Origin: Thermoplasmatota archaeon
GTDB lineage: Archaea > Thermoplasmatota > E2 > DHVEG-1
DNA: 38,367 nt
Assembly: GCA_030612095.1 (NCBI GenBank)
Contig: JAUWOO010000001.1
Coordinates: 1-38,367 of the forward strand
Reading direction: 5' to 3'
Position 1 is the first letter of the stretch. Each line of letters begins with the position of its first letter. The notes beneath the pieces were generated by a model. It saw nothing but the letters and a program-made list of their open reading frames with translations, did not search any database and was not told the origin of the DNA. The position numbers and the translations under genes were made by a program. Below, piece after piece: positions 18,749 to 27,615 of this stretch.

Positions 18749-19660
18749 TTAAAGCTTCTTGATCAAGTATTCAGCAATTCCGTACCCTATTTCTTTATCT
18801 AAAGTATATTTTGTAAGTGTTTCATACATAACTGAGAGATTTTTACCATCTTTACTTGGAAAAGGGAGTTGAATGTGTTTCATAATTACTGCGCTGACAT
18901 TGTGTATAGTACCTTTTTTGTCTTCGAGCATCATCTCAAATGACTGTGGGCAATTATCTTCAGTATAATTTGTATGAATATCTACTTTGATAATAGGTAT
19001 ATTAACACCATTAATATGGATAAAACCAGCATCCACCTCTCCCTCTTCAGTAACGAGTTTGGTGATGTTTAAGGCACAGGTCTCTGAGAATTGACAGGTA
19101 AGCCATATCCACATCTTCGGTGCATTCCAATCCCGTATTCCCCATGAATGATCCCTTTCACCAAGACCGTTTATAGTGTATGTTTTATCTCCAATCAGTA
19201 GTGTGCCATGTATCTTGCCAAATTGCTCCAGATGCTCCGAGGCAACCTTTCGAGATATTTCCTCACTTATGCCACTCACGCACTCCCTGTAATTAAACAT
19301 TTCATTCAGTGACATAAAGTCTAGCGAGAAATTCGTTTTTTCTAGTGAGTTTTTAGCTCCCTCAAATGTTTTCATATGTCCTGAGAAGGTAAGCTGCCAA
19401 TGTTTTTCAGGAACAATTTTTGTAAATTGTAATGCATTGACCGTTAGATTTGTGTTTGTAAAAATTCTCTGATCTTTTATGCCAATATATCCCCTATCTG
19501 GCAGCATAAAAAAACAAAACATGCTTTTCTCATTCTTGTTTGGCTTCAATCCTATCCTCATAAAACTACAGATATCTTTACTTTTATCGTAGAAGTTGAA
19601 GTAAAAACTTTCATTCCAGTCAGAATGCTTCCCAAACTCATGTATGATATCAGAATCCAT
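18749..19660 (-). CDS. Hypothetical 303-aa soluble protein (no family recognised with confidence)
   Basis: It has no TM helix or signal peptide. The motifs WNESFYFNFYD and GLGERDHSWGIRDW remind me of AttH/CrtC-like beta-sandwich proteins, but that is tentative. A strong AAGGAG lies 8 nt upstream, and the start is 2 nt after the upstream gene's stop. Confidence 0.5.
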   Translation of the reverse strand: MDSDIIHEFGKHSDWNESFYFNFYDKSKDICSFMRIGLKPNKNEKSMFCFFMLPDRGYIGIKDQRIFTNTNLTVNALQFTKIVPEKHWQLTFSGHMKTFEGAKNSLEKTNFSLDFMSLNEMFNYRECVSGISEEISRKVASEHLEQFGKIHGTLLIGDKTYTINGLGERDHSWGIRDWNAPKMWIWLTCQFSETCALNITKLVTEEGEVDAGFIHINGVNIPIIKVDIHTNYTEDNCPQSFEMMLEDKKGTIHNVSAVIMKHIQLPFPSKDGKNLSVMYETLTKYTLDKEIGYGIAEYLIKKL

Positions 19661-19662
19661 CG

Positions 19663-22299
19663 TTATTTCTCCTTTTCTTTGATATAGATTACTCCATCAT
19701 TGCCGTCAATAGTGACCTTTTGCCCTGTTTTAAAAAGAGTTGTGGCATTTTTAACTGCAGTAACAGCAGGAATTCCATATTCTCGTGAAACCACTGCACC
19801 GTGAGATAGTATACCTCCTGTTTCTGTTATGAGTCCAGCAAGTTTTGAAAATACTGGTGTCCATCCAGGATCAGTATTGGAAGTCACCAGTATGTCATCA
19901 TCCCTTATCTTCGAAAAATCATCTACGGATTTAATAACCCGTACAAAACCTGTTGCTATACCGGGGCTTGAAGGCGTGCCAATAATCTTTAAACTATCGC
20001 CGTCATGCACGACAGTATCGTCAAATTCAACTTTCCCCATTAGGAACTTGGGCGGGAGCTTGTTTTCGTATCTTACAAACTCTTGTTTCCGCTGCTTAAT
20101 AACATTTTTTTCTATCGTTATTTCTCTATTTGCAATCTGGGTGATTTCCTCTTTTGTTAAAAAGAATATGTCTTCCTGCTGCTCAATGGTGCCTGATTCA
20201 ACAAATCGCCGTCCAAATTCCATGAATAATCTCCTTAGCCGGTAGAGTTGATGATCAAGGTAGAATCTTTGATTTTCCCTAAATACAAGATAAATCTGTG
20301 CATAGTTCAAAACAGTTTTGAATAGTAGCTTTTTGAAAAACCCGTTCTTAAGTGTTGAAATATTTCCAAGTATCTTCTTTTCAGCAGTTTTTCTTTCCTT
20401 AATTTTTTCTTTTTCCACGTTTGCAAAATCCATCCCTGGAGATGATGCAAGAGTCTGCAAAATCGTTATAACAAGAGATGGATCATCACCCCATCTGGGG
20501 AAATATATCTCTCTTGTGTGAGATCGATGGCCATAGTTATCTAAGAAATCATAGAACTTGTAAGAAAATGATTTTAAATCAGAGTTTTTCTTAAGTTCTC
20601 CGAGAAACTCATGAGGTTTTTTGTCCTGCAAAATCTGTAGTATTTTAGAATCATCTCTTGCTGCTTGTGCAAGCTGTGAGATTGCTATGTTTGTCTGTAT
20701 GGTCTTATTATCAGGTAACCCAGAAATGAGTTTTGCGTAAAGCACCCCTTGCTTGTCATCAAGCCAACTGCTTAGCCATCGTTTTATTATGAGATTAGTT
20801 CCAATGCTGTGAGTCACCATTCCATATCGTATCAACCGATAGTGCTTTAGGTAAGCCTGTTCCATGTTTTTGAATTCGCGATAAAGTTCATCTTCGCTTA
20901 ATTTTGCAAGGTCAAGCTCATCGAAACTTTTCATTACAGAGACGAACTTACGGGCCCATTTCCGGTATGCTTTATCTGTTCTCATTATCATGCCATCAGG
21001 ATCGAGAAGCATGATGCGTATCTCTGCAAGCAACCTTCGAAAAATCTTTGTTTTCGCATTTGCAATCCGTTCATGATCTTTCTCTGGAAAATAATTAAGT
21101 AATTCTTTTGTACGTGAAAACTTTGGGTTATATGTAAAAACTTCTTCAAGAACTTCGGAGTTGAAATAGATATGTCCCTTATGAATTTTTAAAAGTTCCT
21201 TACCAGTCAACTCCCTATAGCCCATTATTTCCGATCCTTCGTGATTCACGTATTTGGTTAGATATTCTCCAAGAAGTGAGTAAAAGAGAGGTGAGGTTAC
21301 ATCTGCCCAGTATTCATCTCCATAAGCTCTTGTCCACAATATCTCTTCATGAGTGGTAAGCGTCGTGATTGGTCTTGATTGTAGAATATAAATCTCGCCG
21401 TTTTCTATAGACCATTCAATGTCTTGTGGACTACCAAAATGCGATTCTATTTGTTTACCAATTTGGGCAAGTTTTTGCACTTCATCGATTGTAAGAGAAG
21501 GCGAATCTTGCTTTGATTCTTCAATATCAGTAACTATTTTTTCTCCATTTGATAGGAAAATTCCTTGATCCTTCTTACTTATATCTTTTTCAATTATTTT
21601 GCCTGTTTTTTTATCACAGAAAAATCTATCTGGACTGACAATACCCGATACTATGGACTCACCAAGGCCCCAGCTCGACTCTATAATGATCGTATTTTTT
21701 TTAGTATTAACCGGATCAGTTGTAAACATGACTCCTGATGATTGTGCATTAATCATTTTCTGAACAATAACTGCGATACCGCCTTTGAGATGTGGTATTC
21801 CTGCGTTATGTCTGTAGATAAACGCTCGTTTATTCCAATAGGATGCCCAGCAGCGTTTTACATACTCTGAAACTTCATCTCGAGGTATATTTAGAAACGA
21901 GTCTTGTTGACCTGCAAATGATGCTTCTGGTAAATCCTCAGCAACTGCAGAAGAGCGAACCGCCCAGAATGCATTTTTGTCAAGTTGCCCAAGTGCTTTG
22001 TTAATGTCTTTTGAAACAGTGCCTTCTAGTTTATTTGCTGTGATAAGTTCTTTTATTTCAATGGGGCGTGATTCTACGCTGCTTTCATTCGTAAAATCAA
22101 TTGTTTCAAGAAGATTGAGTATTTTTTCTTTGAGATTTGCGTTTTTGAGAAACTGTTCATATGAACTAACCGGAACAACTAGGCCTGGTGGAACTGAAAA
22201 ACCAGCAGAGGATAGTGCCGCTAGATTTGCAGCTTTACCGCCCACCTTCCCAACATCTTCTTTTGTAATGTGTGATAGGAGGATACTATTGTTGTTCAT
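19663..22299 (-). CDS. PEP-utilising-family phosphotransferase with rifampin-phosphotransferase-like architecture (not a PEP synthase)
   Basis: The N-terminus is a PPDK_N ATP-grasp (VGGKAANLAAL, WASYWNKRA, PQDIEWSIENGEIYILQSRPIT). A helical middle region of about 450 aa follows. The C-terminal swivel domain is TETGGILSHGAVVSREYGIPAV, with the His codon at 19801-19803, only 45 aa before the stop. No PEP/pyruvate TIM-barrel domain follows it. Confidence 0.75.
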   Translation of the reverse strand: MNNNSILLSHITKEDVGKVGGKAANLAALSSAGFSVPPGLVVPVSSYEQFLKNANLKEKILNLLETIDFTNESSVESRPIEIKELITANKLEGTVSKDINKALGQLDKNAFWAVRSSAVAEDLPEASFAGQQDSFLNIPRDEVSEYVKRCWASYWNKRAFIYRHNAGIPHLKGGIAVIVQKMINAQSSGVMFTTDPVNTKKNTIIIESSWGLGESIVSGIVSPDRFFCDKKTGKIIEKDISKKDQGIFLSNGEKIVTDIEESKQDSPSLTIDEVQKLAQIGKQIESHFGSPQDIEWSIENGEIYILQSRPITTLTTHEEILWTRAYGDEYWADVTSPLFYSLLGEYLTKYVNHEGSEIMGYRELTGKELLKIHKGHIYFNSEVLEEVFTYNPKFSRTKELLNYFPEKDHERIANAKTKIFRRLLAEIRIMLLDPDGMIMRTDKAYRKWARKFVSVMKSFDELDLAKLSEDELYREFKNMEQAYLKHYRLIRYGMVTHSIGTNLIIKRWLSSWLDDKQGVLYAKLISGLPDNKTIQTNIAISQLAQAARDDSKILQILQDKKPHEFLGELKKNSDLKSFSYKFYDFLDNYGHRSHTREIYFPRWGDDPSLVITILQTLASSPGMDFANVEKEKIKERKTAEKKILGNISTLKNGFFKKLLFKTVLNYAQIYLVFRENQRFYLDHQLYRLRRLFMEFGRRFVESGTIEQQEDIFFLTKEEITQIANREITIEKNVIKQRKQEFVRYENKLPPKFLMGKVEFDDTVVHDGDSLKIIGTPSSPGIATGFVRVIKSVDDFSKIRDDDILVTSNTDPGWTPVFSKLAGLITETGGILSHGAVVSREYGIPAVTAVKNATTLFKTGQKVTIDGNDGVIYIKEKEK

Positions 22300-22348
22300 C
22301 GTATTACCAAAAGGTGTTTAATCTAGTTTGGTCTTTTAATCTTTCTAT

Positions 22349-23527
22349 TTATGGACATTCTAGTAGCTTGGGGAATGTACCCTCTGGTAAATCAGATGTA
22401 AGTCCCATGAAGTAACTTGTAGTCCAAATTGTCATACCAGCTTCCTGAAGAATGCCACACTTTCCCGCATCATAATCACATTCTGCATATCCTTTCATCA
22501 TTGATAGTAAGGTTAGTTCAGATACAAGCAGGAATCGTGCACTCAAATCGAGTAGTAGATTGTATACAGAACTAGAGAGTTCTGAGTTATCCATGATATT
22601 TTCCCAGACATCTTGTCCTGCCGAAACAGATCCTTTACCCCAAGTTTCAAGCGCAATCCTTATTTTTAGCCATTTCCAGGTGGGGGGATTGTATATTTTG
22701 TCTAACACAGATTTGTATTGATTAAGACTTTCAAATTCGACACTTGGCATCTGGCAGTCGAGAAATCTGTTAAAGACTATTATGTCATCAGGAGGTATTG
22801 TGCCATTGGGGGGATTCTCGAGGATAAAATTCAGGTATCCCCAGTTATAACCATAAAACAGAAGAAACGTTTTTATGGAAAATTGATTAACGATAAAAAT
22901 CGTACTGTTGCGTCCTTGAAGGGCGATGTCGGTCAGTCCACCTGCAAAACATGTAAGTGCATAAAAGATGAATTTATCAGATTTTGTTTCCATTTCAACA
23001 CCTAAAATATTGGGCATTAATTTCATGAGAACTTCTGAAATATCTTTAGAATTCATGTTATTGGAAGATAGGGCGTCTCGGAGCCAGACCCCTCCAAAGT
23101 AGCCAGAGAGATATAGGTTACCAAAAAATTTACCTATCTGGGATTTTTCAGAGGTATGGCACAGTTCATCGGCAGACCGCATGGGGAGATACCCCAAGAA
23201 GAATTCTACGCCAGATGCGTTTTCTCCTGCATTAGTGCAGTAATCTAGTGCCAATTGCGATATGAATGTTTCATTAATTTCCATGGTTGGATTATCCCAG
23301 AAAGGGAATTGCGGTAGTACAACTGTTTGTTCAATCCCTATATTATGAATGATTGGGCTTGCCTTGTCAGATGTGTTATAGAATGACCCTGATGAGTTGA
23401 TGGATTTATTGTCCGTTACTATTGTTGCAGTGGAGATTAACCCGCCTGAAAATCCACATAAAATTAACAACACAACAAGCATAAAACTCGTTAAATTTCT
23501 TACATATCTTCCACTTACTCGGGTCAT
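22349..23527 (-). CDS. Hypothetical membrane-anchored or secreted protein
   Basis: An N-terminal basic stretch precedes the hydrophobic helix SFMLVVLLILCGFSGGLI. Multiple N-x-S/T sequons and about 8 Cys are present. No family recognised. Confidence 0.45.
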   Translation of the reverse strand: MTRVSGRYVRNLTSFMLVVLLILCGFSGGLISTATIVTDNKSINSSGSFYNTSDKASPIIHNIGIEQTVVLPQFPFWDNPTMEINETFISQLALDYCTNAGENASGVEFFLGYLPMRSADELCHTSEKSQIGKFFGNLYLSGYFGGVWLRDALSSNNMNSKDISEVLMKLMPNILGVEMETKSDKFIFYALTCFAGGLTDIALQGRNSTIFIVNQFSIKTFLLFYGYNWGYLNFILENPPNGTIPPDDIIVFNRFLDCQMPSVEFESLNQYKSVLDKIYNPPTWKWLKIRIALETWGKGSVSAGQDVWENIMDNSELSSSVYNLLLDLSARFLLVSELTLLSMMKGYAECDYDAGKCGILQEAGMTIWTTSYFMGLTSDLPEGTFPKLLECP

Positions 23528-23672
23528 GTTTCCTTCCGATATGTCTATTGTAACCTTTCAATTTTATTTAAATATTTTCTATAAAAAGTTATAGGATGTG
23601 CTATCTGGAAGGAGTAGTTCCCCTCCATCATAAAATTGTGGTTTTTCTTTCTAGATTAATGAGCGTACGTCT

Positions 23673-24152
23673 CTAGCGTTTTAGTGTAACGCCTCTTTGA
23701 TTCTGATAGTTCCCAGATTTTTTATCATAAAGTTCAGATGGTTTTGTGGAAAGATTTTCAAAAACAATTTGGCAGAATCTATCGCCAATCGGTATCTCTA
23801 TTTCTTCATCATTTGAGTTGAAACAACCAATTGTAAGTGTTCCATGAAAGCCGGCATCAACCTTCCCAAAACTTGCCATGATCCCTTTACGTGCGTAGCT
23901 TGATCGTATCCACAGCTGAGATGTTATCTGTGGGCCCATTTTCACAAATTCTTTTGTGCTAATTGCAAACCATGTCATTGAAGGGATAGTAGCCATTCCC
24001 TCTTTGATATGTTGATCTGATTTTTTCATGTAAATCTCATCAATAGATAGGTCATAGCCATTTGGTGTGAGGTTTTTGCGATCGAACGGCTCTATTCCAA
24101 GTTCATTATTTTTCATGTAATTTTCAATATCTTTATCGGAAAGAATGGTCAT
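23673..24152 (-). CDS. dCTP deaminase/dUTPase-superfamily protein (short form, probable dUTP diphosphatase or dCTP deaminase)
   Basis: Motifs MTILSDKDI, LTPNGYDLS, SSYARKG and DAGFHGTLT are present. AGGAG lies 9 nt upstream of the ATG at 24152. The longer ORF start at 24191 would overlap the upstream cyclophilin gene. Confidence 0.75.
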   Translation of the reverse strand: MTILSDKDIENYMKNNELGIEPFDRKNLTPNGYDLSIDEIYMKKSDQHIKEGMATIPSMTWFAISTKEFVKMGPQITSQLWIRSSYARKGIMASFGKVDAGFHGTLTIGCFNSNDEEIEIPIGDRFCQIVFENLSTKPSELYDKKSGNYQNQRGVTLKR

Positions 24153-24171
24153 AGGTATTACTCCTTTATCG

Positions 24172-24636
24172 CTAGACAATTTTAATGCCATTTACAACTA
24201 CATTTTGTAATGGTTTATCGTTTCTATCTTTTTCAACTTTTGATATGGAATCAACTACTTCCATTCCTTCGATCACTTTTCCAAAGATAGAATGTTTTCC
24301 GTCAAGCCATGGTGTTTCTGCTACTGTAATGAAAAATTGTGATCCCCCTGTATTTGGACCTGCATTTGCCATTGAAAGCATGCCTTTAGAATCATGTTTT
24401 AGATCTGGGTGAAACTCATCTCTTATGGTATATCCTGGTCCCCCTCTGCCAGTCCCATGTGGGCATCCACATTGTACCATAAAATTTGGGATTACTCTGT
24501 GGAAAATGAGGCCATTATAGAATCCATCGTCTACTAGTTTAATGAAATTCCCTGCTGTTACAGGTGCCTTGTCTACATAAAGTTCGATTTTAAAATTGCC
24601 TTTGTTGGTATTAAATTCTAATATTTTATTTGTCAT
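24172..24636 (-). CDS. Cyclophilin-type peptidyl-prolyl cis-trans isomerase (cytoplasmic)
   Basis: Motifs [31 protein letters not shown] and [11 protein letters not shown] are present. The ATG at 24636 is preferred to the GTG at 24645. Confidence 0.9.
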   Translation of the reverse strand: MTNKILEFNTNKGNFKIELYVDKAPVTAGNFIKLVDDGFYNGLIFHRVIPNFMVQCGCPHGTGRGGPGYTIRDEFHPDLKHDSKGMLSMANAGPNTGGSQFFITVAETPWLDGKHSIFGKVIEGMEVVDSISKVEKDRNDKPLQNVVVNGIKIV

Positions 24637-24656
24637 TTTTATCACTCATTATTTTT

Positions 24657-25349
24657 TTATTGACTTTCTATTGTTATGCTCTTGATTGTTACATCTTCTA
24701 ATGGTTTATTACTTCCATCTGTTCCAACTTCAGATATGGCATTAACAACGTCCATCCCTTCGATCACTTTACCAAAGACTGAATGTGCACCATCCAACCA
24801 AGAAGTTTCTGCGACTGTTATGAAAAACTGCGATCCTCCGGTATTGGGGCCGGAATTTGCCATAGATAGTATACCTGGAGAGTCGTGTTTTAAATCATCA
24901 TGAAATTCATCAGGAATACTGTAACCTGGATCGCCTGTTCCTGTTCCATATGGGCATCCACCTTGTATCATGAATCCAGAGATGACACGATGAAAAATAA
25001 GACCGTCATAGAATCCTTCATTAGTTAGGTTGATAAAGTTTCCAGTTGTTATGGGTGCTTTATCTTCATACAATTCAATCTTTATTATTCCCTTGGTTGT
25101 GTCAAATACTGCAATACGATTTCCGTTTGGAGTATTGTTATCTTGATTACCATCTGTATTATTTACCATATAAAGAACAGATACAGCTACAACAATTATT
25201 ATTGCAATAACTGCCAAAATAGCTATCATCTTTACATTTGGATTTGTTTTTTTAGGTTCCGCAGGCATTGATCTTTTCCTACTACTGCCACTTTTTTTCG
25301 CTGTCATAATAGATGTCGAAATACACCATCTAATAAATAAGTTTTTCAT
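24657..25349 (-). CDS. Cyclophilin-type PPIase with N-terminal membrane anchor/signal (extracytoplasmic paralog)
   Basis: The cyclophilin core ([42 protein letters not shown]) is preceded by a basic segment and the TM helix [19 protein letters not shown]. The start is uncertain; alternatives are 25307 and 25268. Confidence 0.8.
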   Translation of the reverse strand: MKNLFIRWCISTSIMTAKKSGSSRKRSMPAEPKKTNPNVKMIAILAVIAIIIVVAVSVLYMVNNTDGNQDNNTPNGNRIAVFDTTKGIIKIELYEDKAPITTGNFINLTNEGFYDGLIFHRVISGFMIQGGCPYGTGTGDPGYSIPDEFHDDLKHDSPGILSMANSGPNTGGSQFFITVAETSWLDGAHSVFGKVIEGMDVVNAISEVGTDGSNKPLEDVTIKSITIESQ

Positions 25350-25587
25350 GGGTTTAACCCTATATTTGCCCTAATGTTTTTCCGCATCAGTCATTCACGC
25401 TTTCTAATTGGCTGGCAATCAAAGTCTAATTTATCTGCAAAACGTCGGTTACTATCCAGCAAACGATATTTGAACTCGTTTCTATTTATAAAAAATCCCA
25501 GGTCCATGATTTGATTTCAATACTGCATTGAGACTATGATTAGATTTTTGATCCGGTCATAAGGTATTTTGATAATTGAAAAGAACG

Positions 25588-25860
25588 CTATAATCTGTTG
25601 TATCCAACTTCTCTCTTAATAAGTTCAATTACATTTACTCTCTTATTATCAATGGAATAAATAATACGATAATCCCCAATTCTGAGTCGATGTTTCTTCG
25701 GATCGGTATCTTGCAATACTTTAAGGTCGCAATGTGGTCGAGATGTTACTGGATCTTCTTTTAGCTCCTGTAAATGTTTTCTTATTTTATCCTGCATATT
25801 CTTTGGTAATTTTCGAAATGATTTTTGAAATGTTCCGGATACAAGAACTGTATATACCAT
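25588..25860 (-). CDS. relE: RelE/ParE-family type II toxin
   Basis: The 90-aa protein has an F.KSFRKLPK..Q.KI motif and HRLRIGDYRIIYSIDNKRVNVIELIKR, which is characteristic of RelE-fold mRNA interferases. Confidence 0.8.
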   Translation of the reverse strand: MVYTVLVSGTFQKSFRKLPKNMQDKIRKHLQELKEDPVTSRPHCDLKVLQDTDPKKHRLRIGDYRIIYSIDNKRVNVIELIKREVGYNRL

Positions 25861-25865
25861 TCAGC

Positions 25866-26051
25866 TCACAGCTCATCTAATGAGATAAAATCATCTTCAG
25901 CAAGGATTTTGTTCCATTTTTCATCCATTTTTTTCCATGCATATCGTTTGACGAGTTTTCTTACGATATTATCATAGGTTTCGCCTTTTGTCCCAAGGTC
26001 GAGTAATGCTTTTTTTGTTTGTTGTGTAATTGAAATTGTTGTATTTGTCAT
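25866..26051 (-). CDS. Putative antitoxin (archaeal VapB-like small antitoxin)
   Basis: The 61-aa protein has TISITQQTKKALLDLGTKGETYDNIVRKLV, which resembles the small archaeal antitoxin motif. It ends 5 nt before the relE start. Confidence 0.6.
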   Translation of the reverse strand: MTNTTISITQQTKKALLDLGTKGETYDNIVRKLVKRYAWKKMDEKWNKILAEDDFISLDEL

Positions 26052-26323
26052 ATCATACCACGCCTTATAACCATTATAATCACTATAATATTTATAATTT
26101 TTGCTTTCATTCTATCCGAATCATCCCCCCTCCATTGATCAGACAAATTCTTGTAATCTAGGAACGTTATCCAAAAGGTGTGTTTCAACCACACAAAAAA
26201 ATAAGTATTTTGAACGATAAACTGAATTTGTTCAGTAACATACCAAATTCTTTTACCTTGTAGAAAGTTATACTTTTAGTTATCTCTGGGTAAGATATTT
26301 AAAACAAAATAGCTAATGATACA

Positions 26324-27607
26324 ATGTTGAAGAATACTAAACTTGATTCAAAGAAACAAAAGAAACTTTTATCAGTTCCAAAAGAAGAATCTGCGAGTCT
26401 ATGTGGACTTTGTCGCGGTACAAAGCTTTTGTGTGGCAGATCCCGTTGCCCTGTTCTTGTAAAGTTTCATTCACGCGATAAGATAACGCCTTTGATTGAT
26501 AAGCTTAGTTTAGGTGGTTCTTCTCCACCAAGTGTTTTTATTGGTAGATTCGGATATCCAAAAGTATCAATTGGACCTATGATTCCTCCAGTTATGGGGG
26601 ATACTTCTCTTATTGATACACCTGAACTTTGGTTGGATAAAAGCATCGATGATATTGTGGATTTCCGCTCTATGCTTATTCGTGGAACGTATAATGTTGA
26701 TGTATTTGATGTTGAAAATCCAAACAAGATTGTAAATTTTACTCGCGAACTTGCGCTTTCTAAAAATAGTGTTTTTACTGAGGCTATTTTTGAAAAAAAA
26801 CCTCGAGGACGAATTGCTTTTTATGATTCTGCACAGCCGCATGGCCCTTCTGCACCACTTAAGAAGTTTGATATTACTAATCCAAAATATGAACAGCACA
26901 TCGAGAAGGCATTTTATGATACTGATTTGAAGGCTAGATCTGCTGTTTTGGATCTGTACAGAGATGGAGTAAAGATATCTAAAATTCAACGAGCTTTTAG
27001 TGTCGGAGCTTTTGGAATTAATAAGTACAGAAGGTTTGTTCCCACCAGGTGGAGTATTACCGCCGTTGATTCAATGCTTGGCAAAGAATTAATGAAAAAA
27101 ACAAAGACACGCCCGTACATCAACGAATTTAGAATTTATTATCTGAACCAGTTTGACAACAGGTGGATTGTTTTGATGATGCCAAGTGAATGGCAATATG
27201 AGCTTATTGAGGCGTGGTACCCAAATACAACGTGGAATCCCTATGGATCATCCATATCAATGTTTAACAGTTATGAATTCTACAAGGGCAGGACGACTTA
27301 TGCCGAAATAGGTGGTTGTTATTATGCTGCACGTCTTGCGGTAAACGAATTGTTAAACAAGGAGCGACGTCAGGCTGGAGCAATAATAATGCGTGAGTCA
27401 CATCCTGGGTACATTATGCCAATAGGTGTATGGAATGTCCGCGAGAGTGTAAGAAGAGCATTGAAAGAACCATATCGAAAATTTGATACGTTACATGAAG
27501 CACTTGTCCATGCATCTGAAAAAATGGATATCCCACTTCAGAGATGGATTAAAAACAGTGCTATCCTCAAAAACCAGTTATATCAGAAAAGACTTGAGGA
27601 TTTCTAG
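26324..27607 (+). CDS. nreA: Nre-family archaeal DNA repair protein (DUF650/DUF651 type) with C-terminal PIP motif
   Basis: The N-terminus carries the four-Cys cluster CGLCRGTKLLCGRSRCP. The length is about 430 aa. The extreme C-terminus QKRLEDF fits the Q-x-x-L-x-x-F PCNA-interacting motif. Confidence 0.7.
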   Translation: MLKNTKLDSKKQKKLLSVPKEESASLCGLCRGTKLLCGRSRCPVLVKFHSRDKITPLIDKLSLGGSSPPSVFIGRFGYPKVSIGPMIPPVMGDTSLIDTPELWLDKSIDDIVDFRSMLIRGTYNVDVFDVENPNKIVNFTRELALSKNSVFTEAIFEKKPRGRIAFYDSAQPHGPSAPLKKFDITNPKYEQHIEKAFYDTDLKARSAVLDLYRDGVKISKIQRAFSVGAFGINKYRRFVPTRWSITAVDSMLGKELMKKTKTRPYINEFRIYYLNQFDNRWIVLMMPSEWQYELIEAWYPNTTWNPYGSSISMFNSYEFYKGRTTYAEIGGCYYAARLAVNELLNKERRQAGAIIMRESHPGYIMPIGVWNVRESVRRALKEPYRKFDTLHEALVHASEKMDIPLQRWIKNSAILKNQLYQKRLEDF

Positions 27608-27615
27608 GGGATTTT

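Noticed and set aside
19663-22299. Reading the 878-aa ORF as a genuine phosphoenolpyruvate synthase / PPDK
   Set aside because: The phosphohistidine swivel domain is at the very C-terminus, 45 aa before the stop. No PEP/pyruvate-binding TIM-barrel domain follows it, and the middle region of about 450 aa has no PpsA counterpart.
19829-22321. Plus-strand ORFs of 138, 67 and 114 aa inside the RPH-like gene
   Set aside because: They are antisense shadows with no recognisable motifs, and each is fully nested in a well-supported CDS.
24185-24903. Two similar 75-aa plus-strand ORFs (24185-24412 and 24676-24903) that look like a conserved pair
   Set aside because: Both lie antisense to the conserved cores of the two cyclophilin paralogs. 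Their similarity is a by-product of the sense-strand duplication.
26178-26201. Hairpin gtgtg-tttcaac-cacac followed by an A-run in the antitoxin/nre intergenic region
   Set aside because: The orientation is wrong for an intrinsic terminator of either flanking gene: both genes start, rather than end, on either side. The stem is only 5 bp.
25350-26323. Possible mobile element, att site or ncRNA (C/D box sRNA) in the long gaps flanking the TA pair
   Set aside because: I found no integrase or transposase, no terminal inverted or direct repeats, no tRNA fragment, and no convincing C (RUGAUGA) / D (CUGA) box pairing by eye.
26467-26989. Minus-strand ORFs of 86 and 140 aa inside the nre gene
   Set aside because: They are antisense to a CDS with strong family features, and their composition is low in information.
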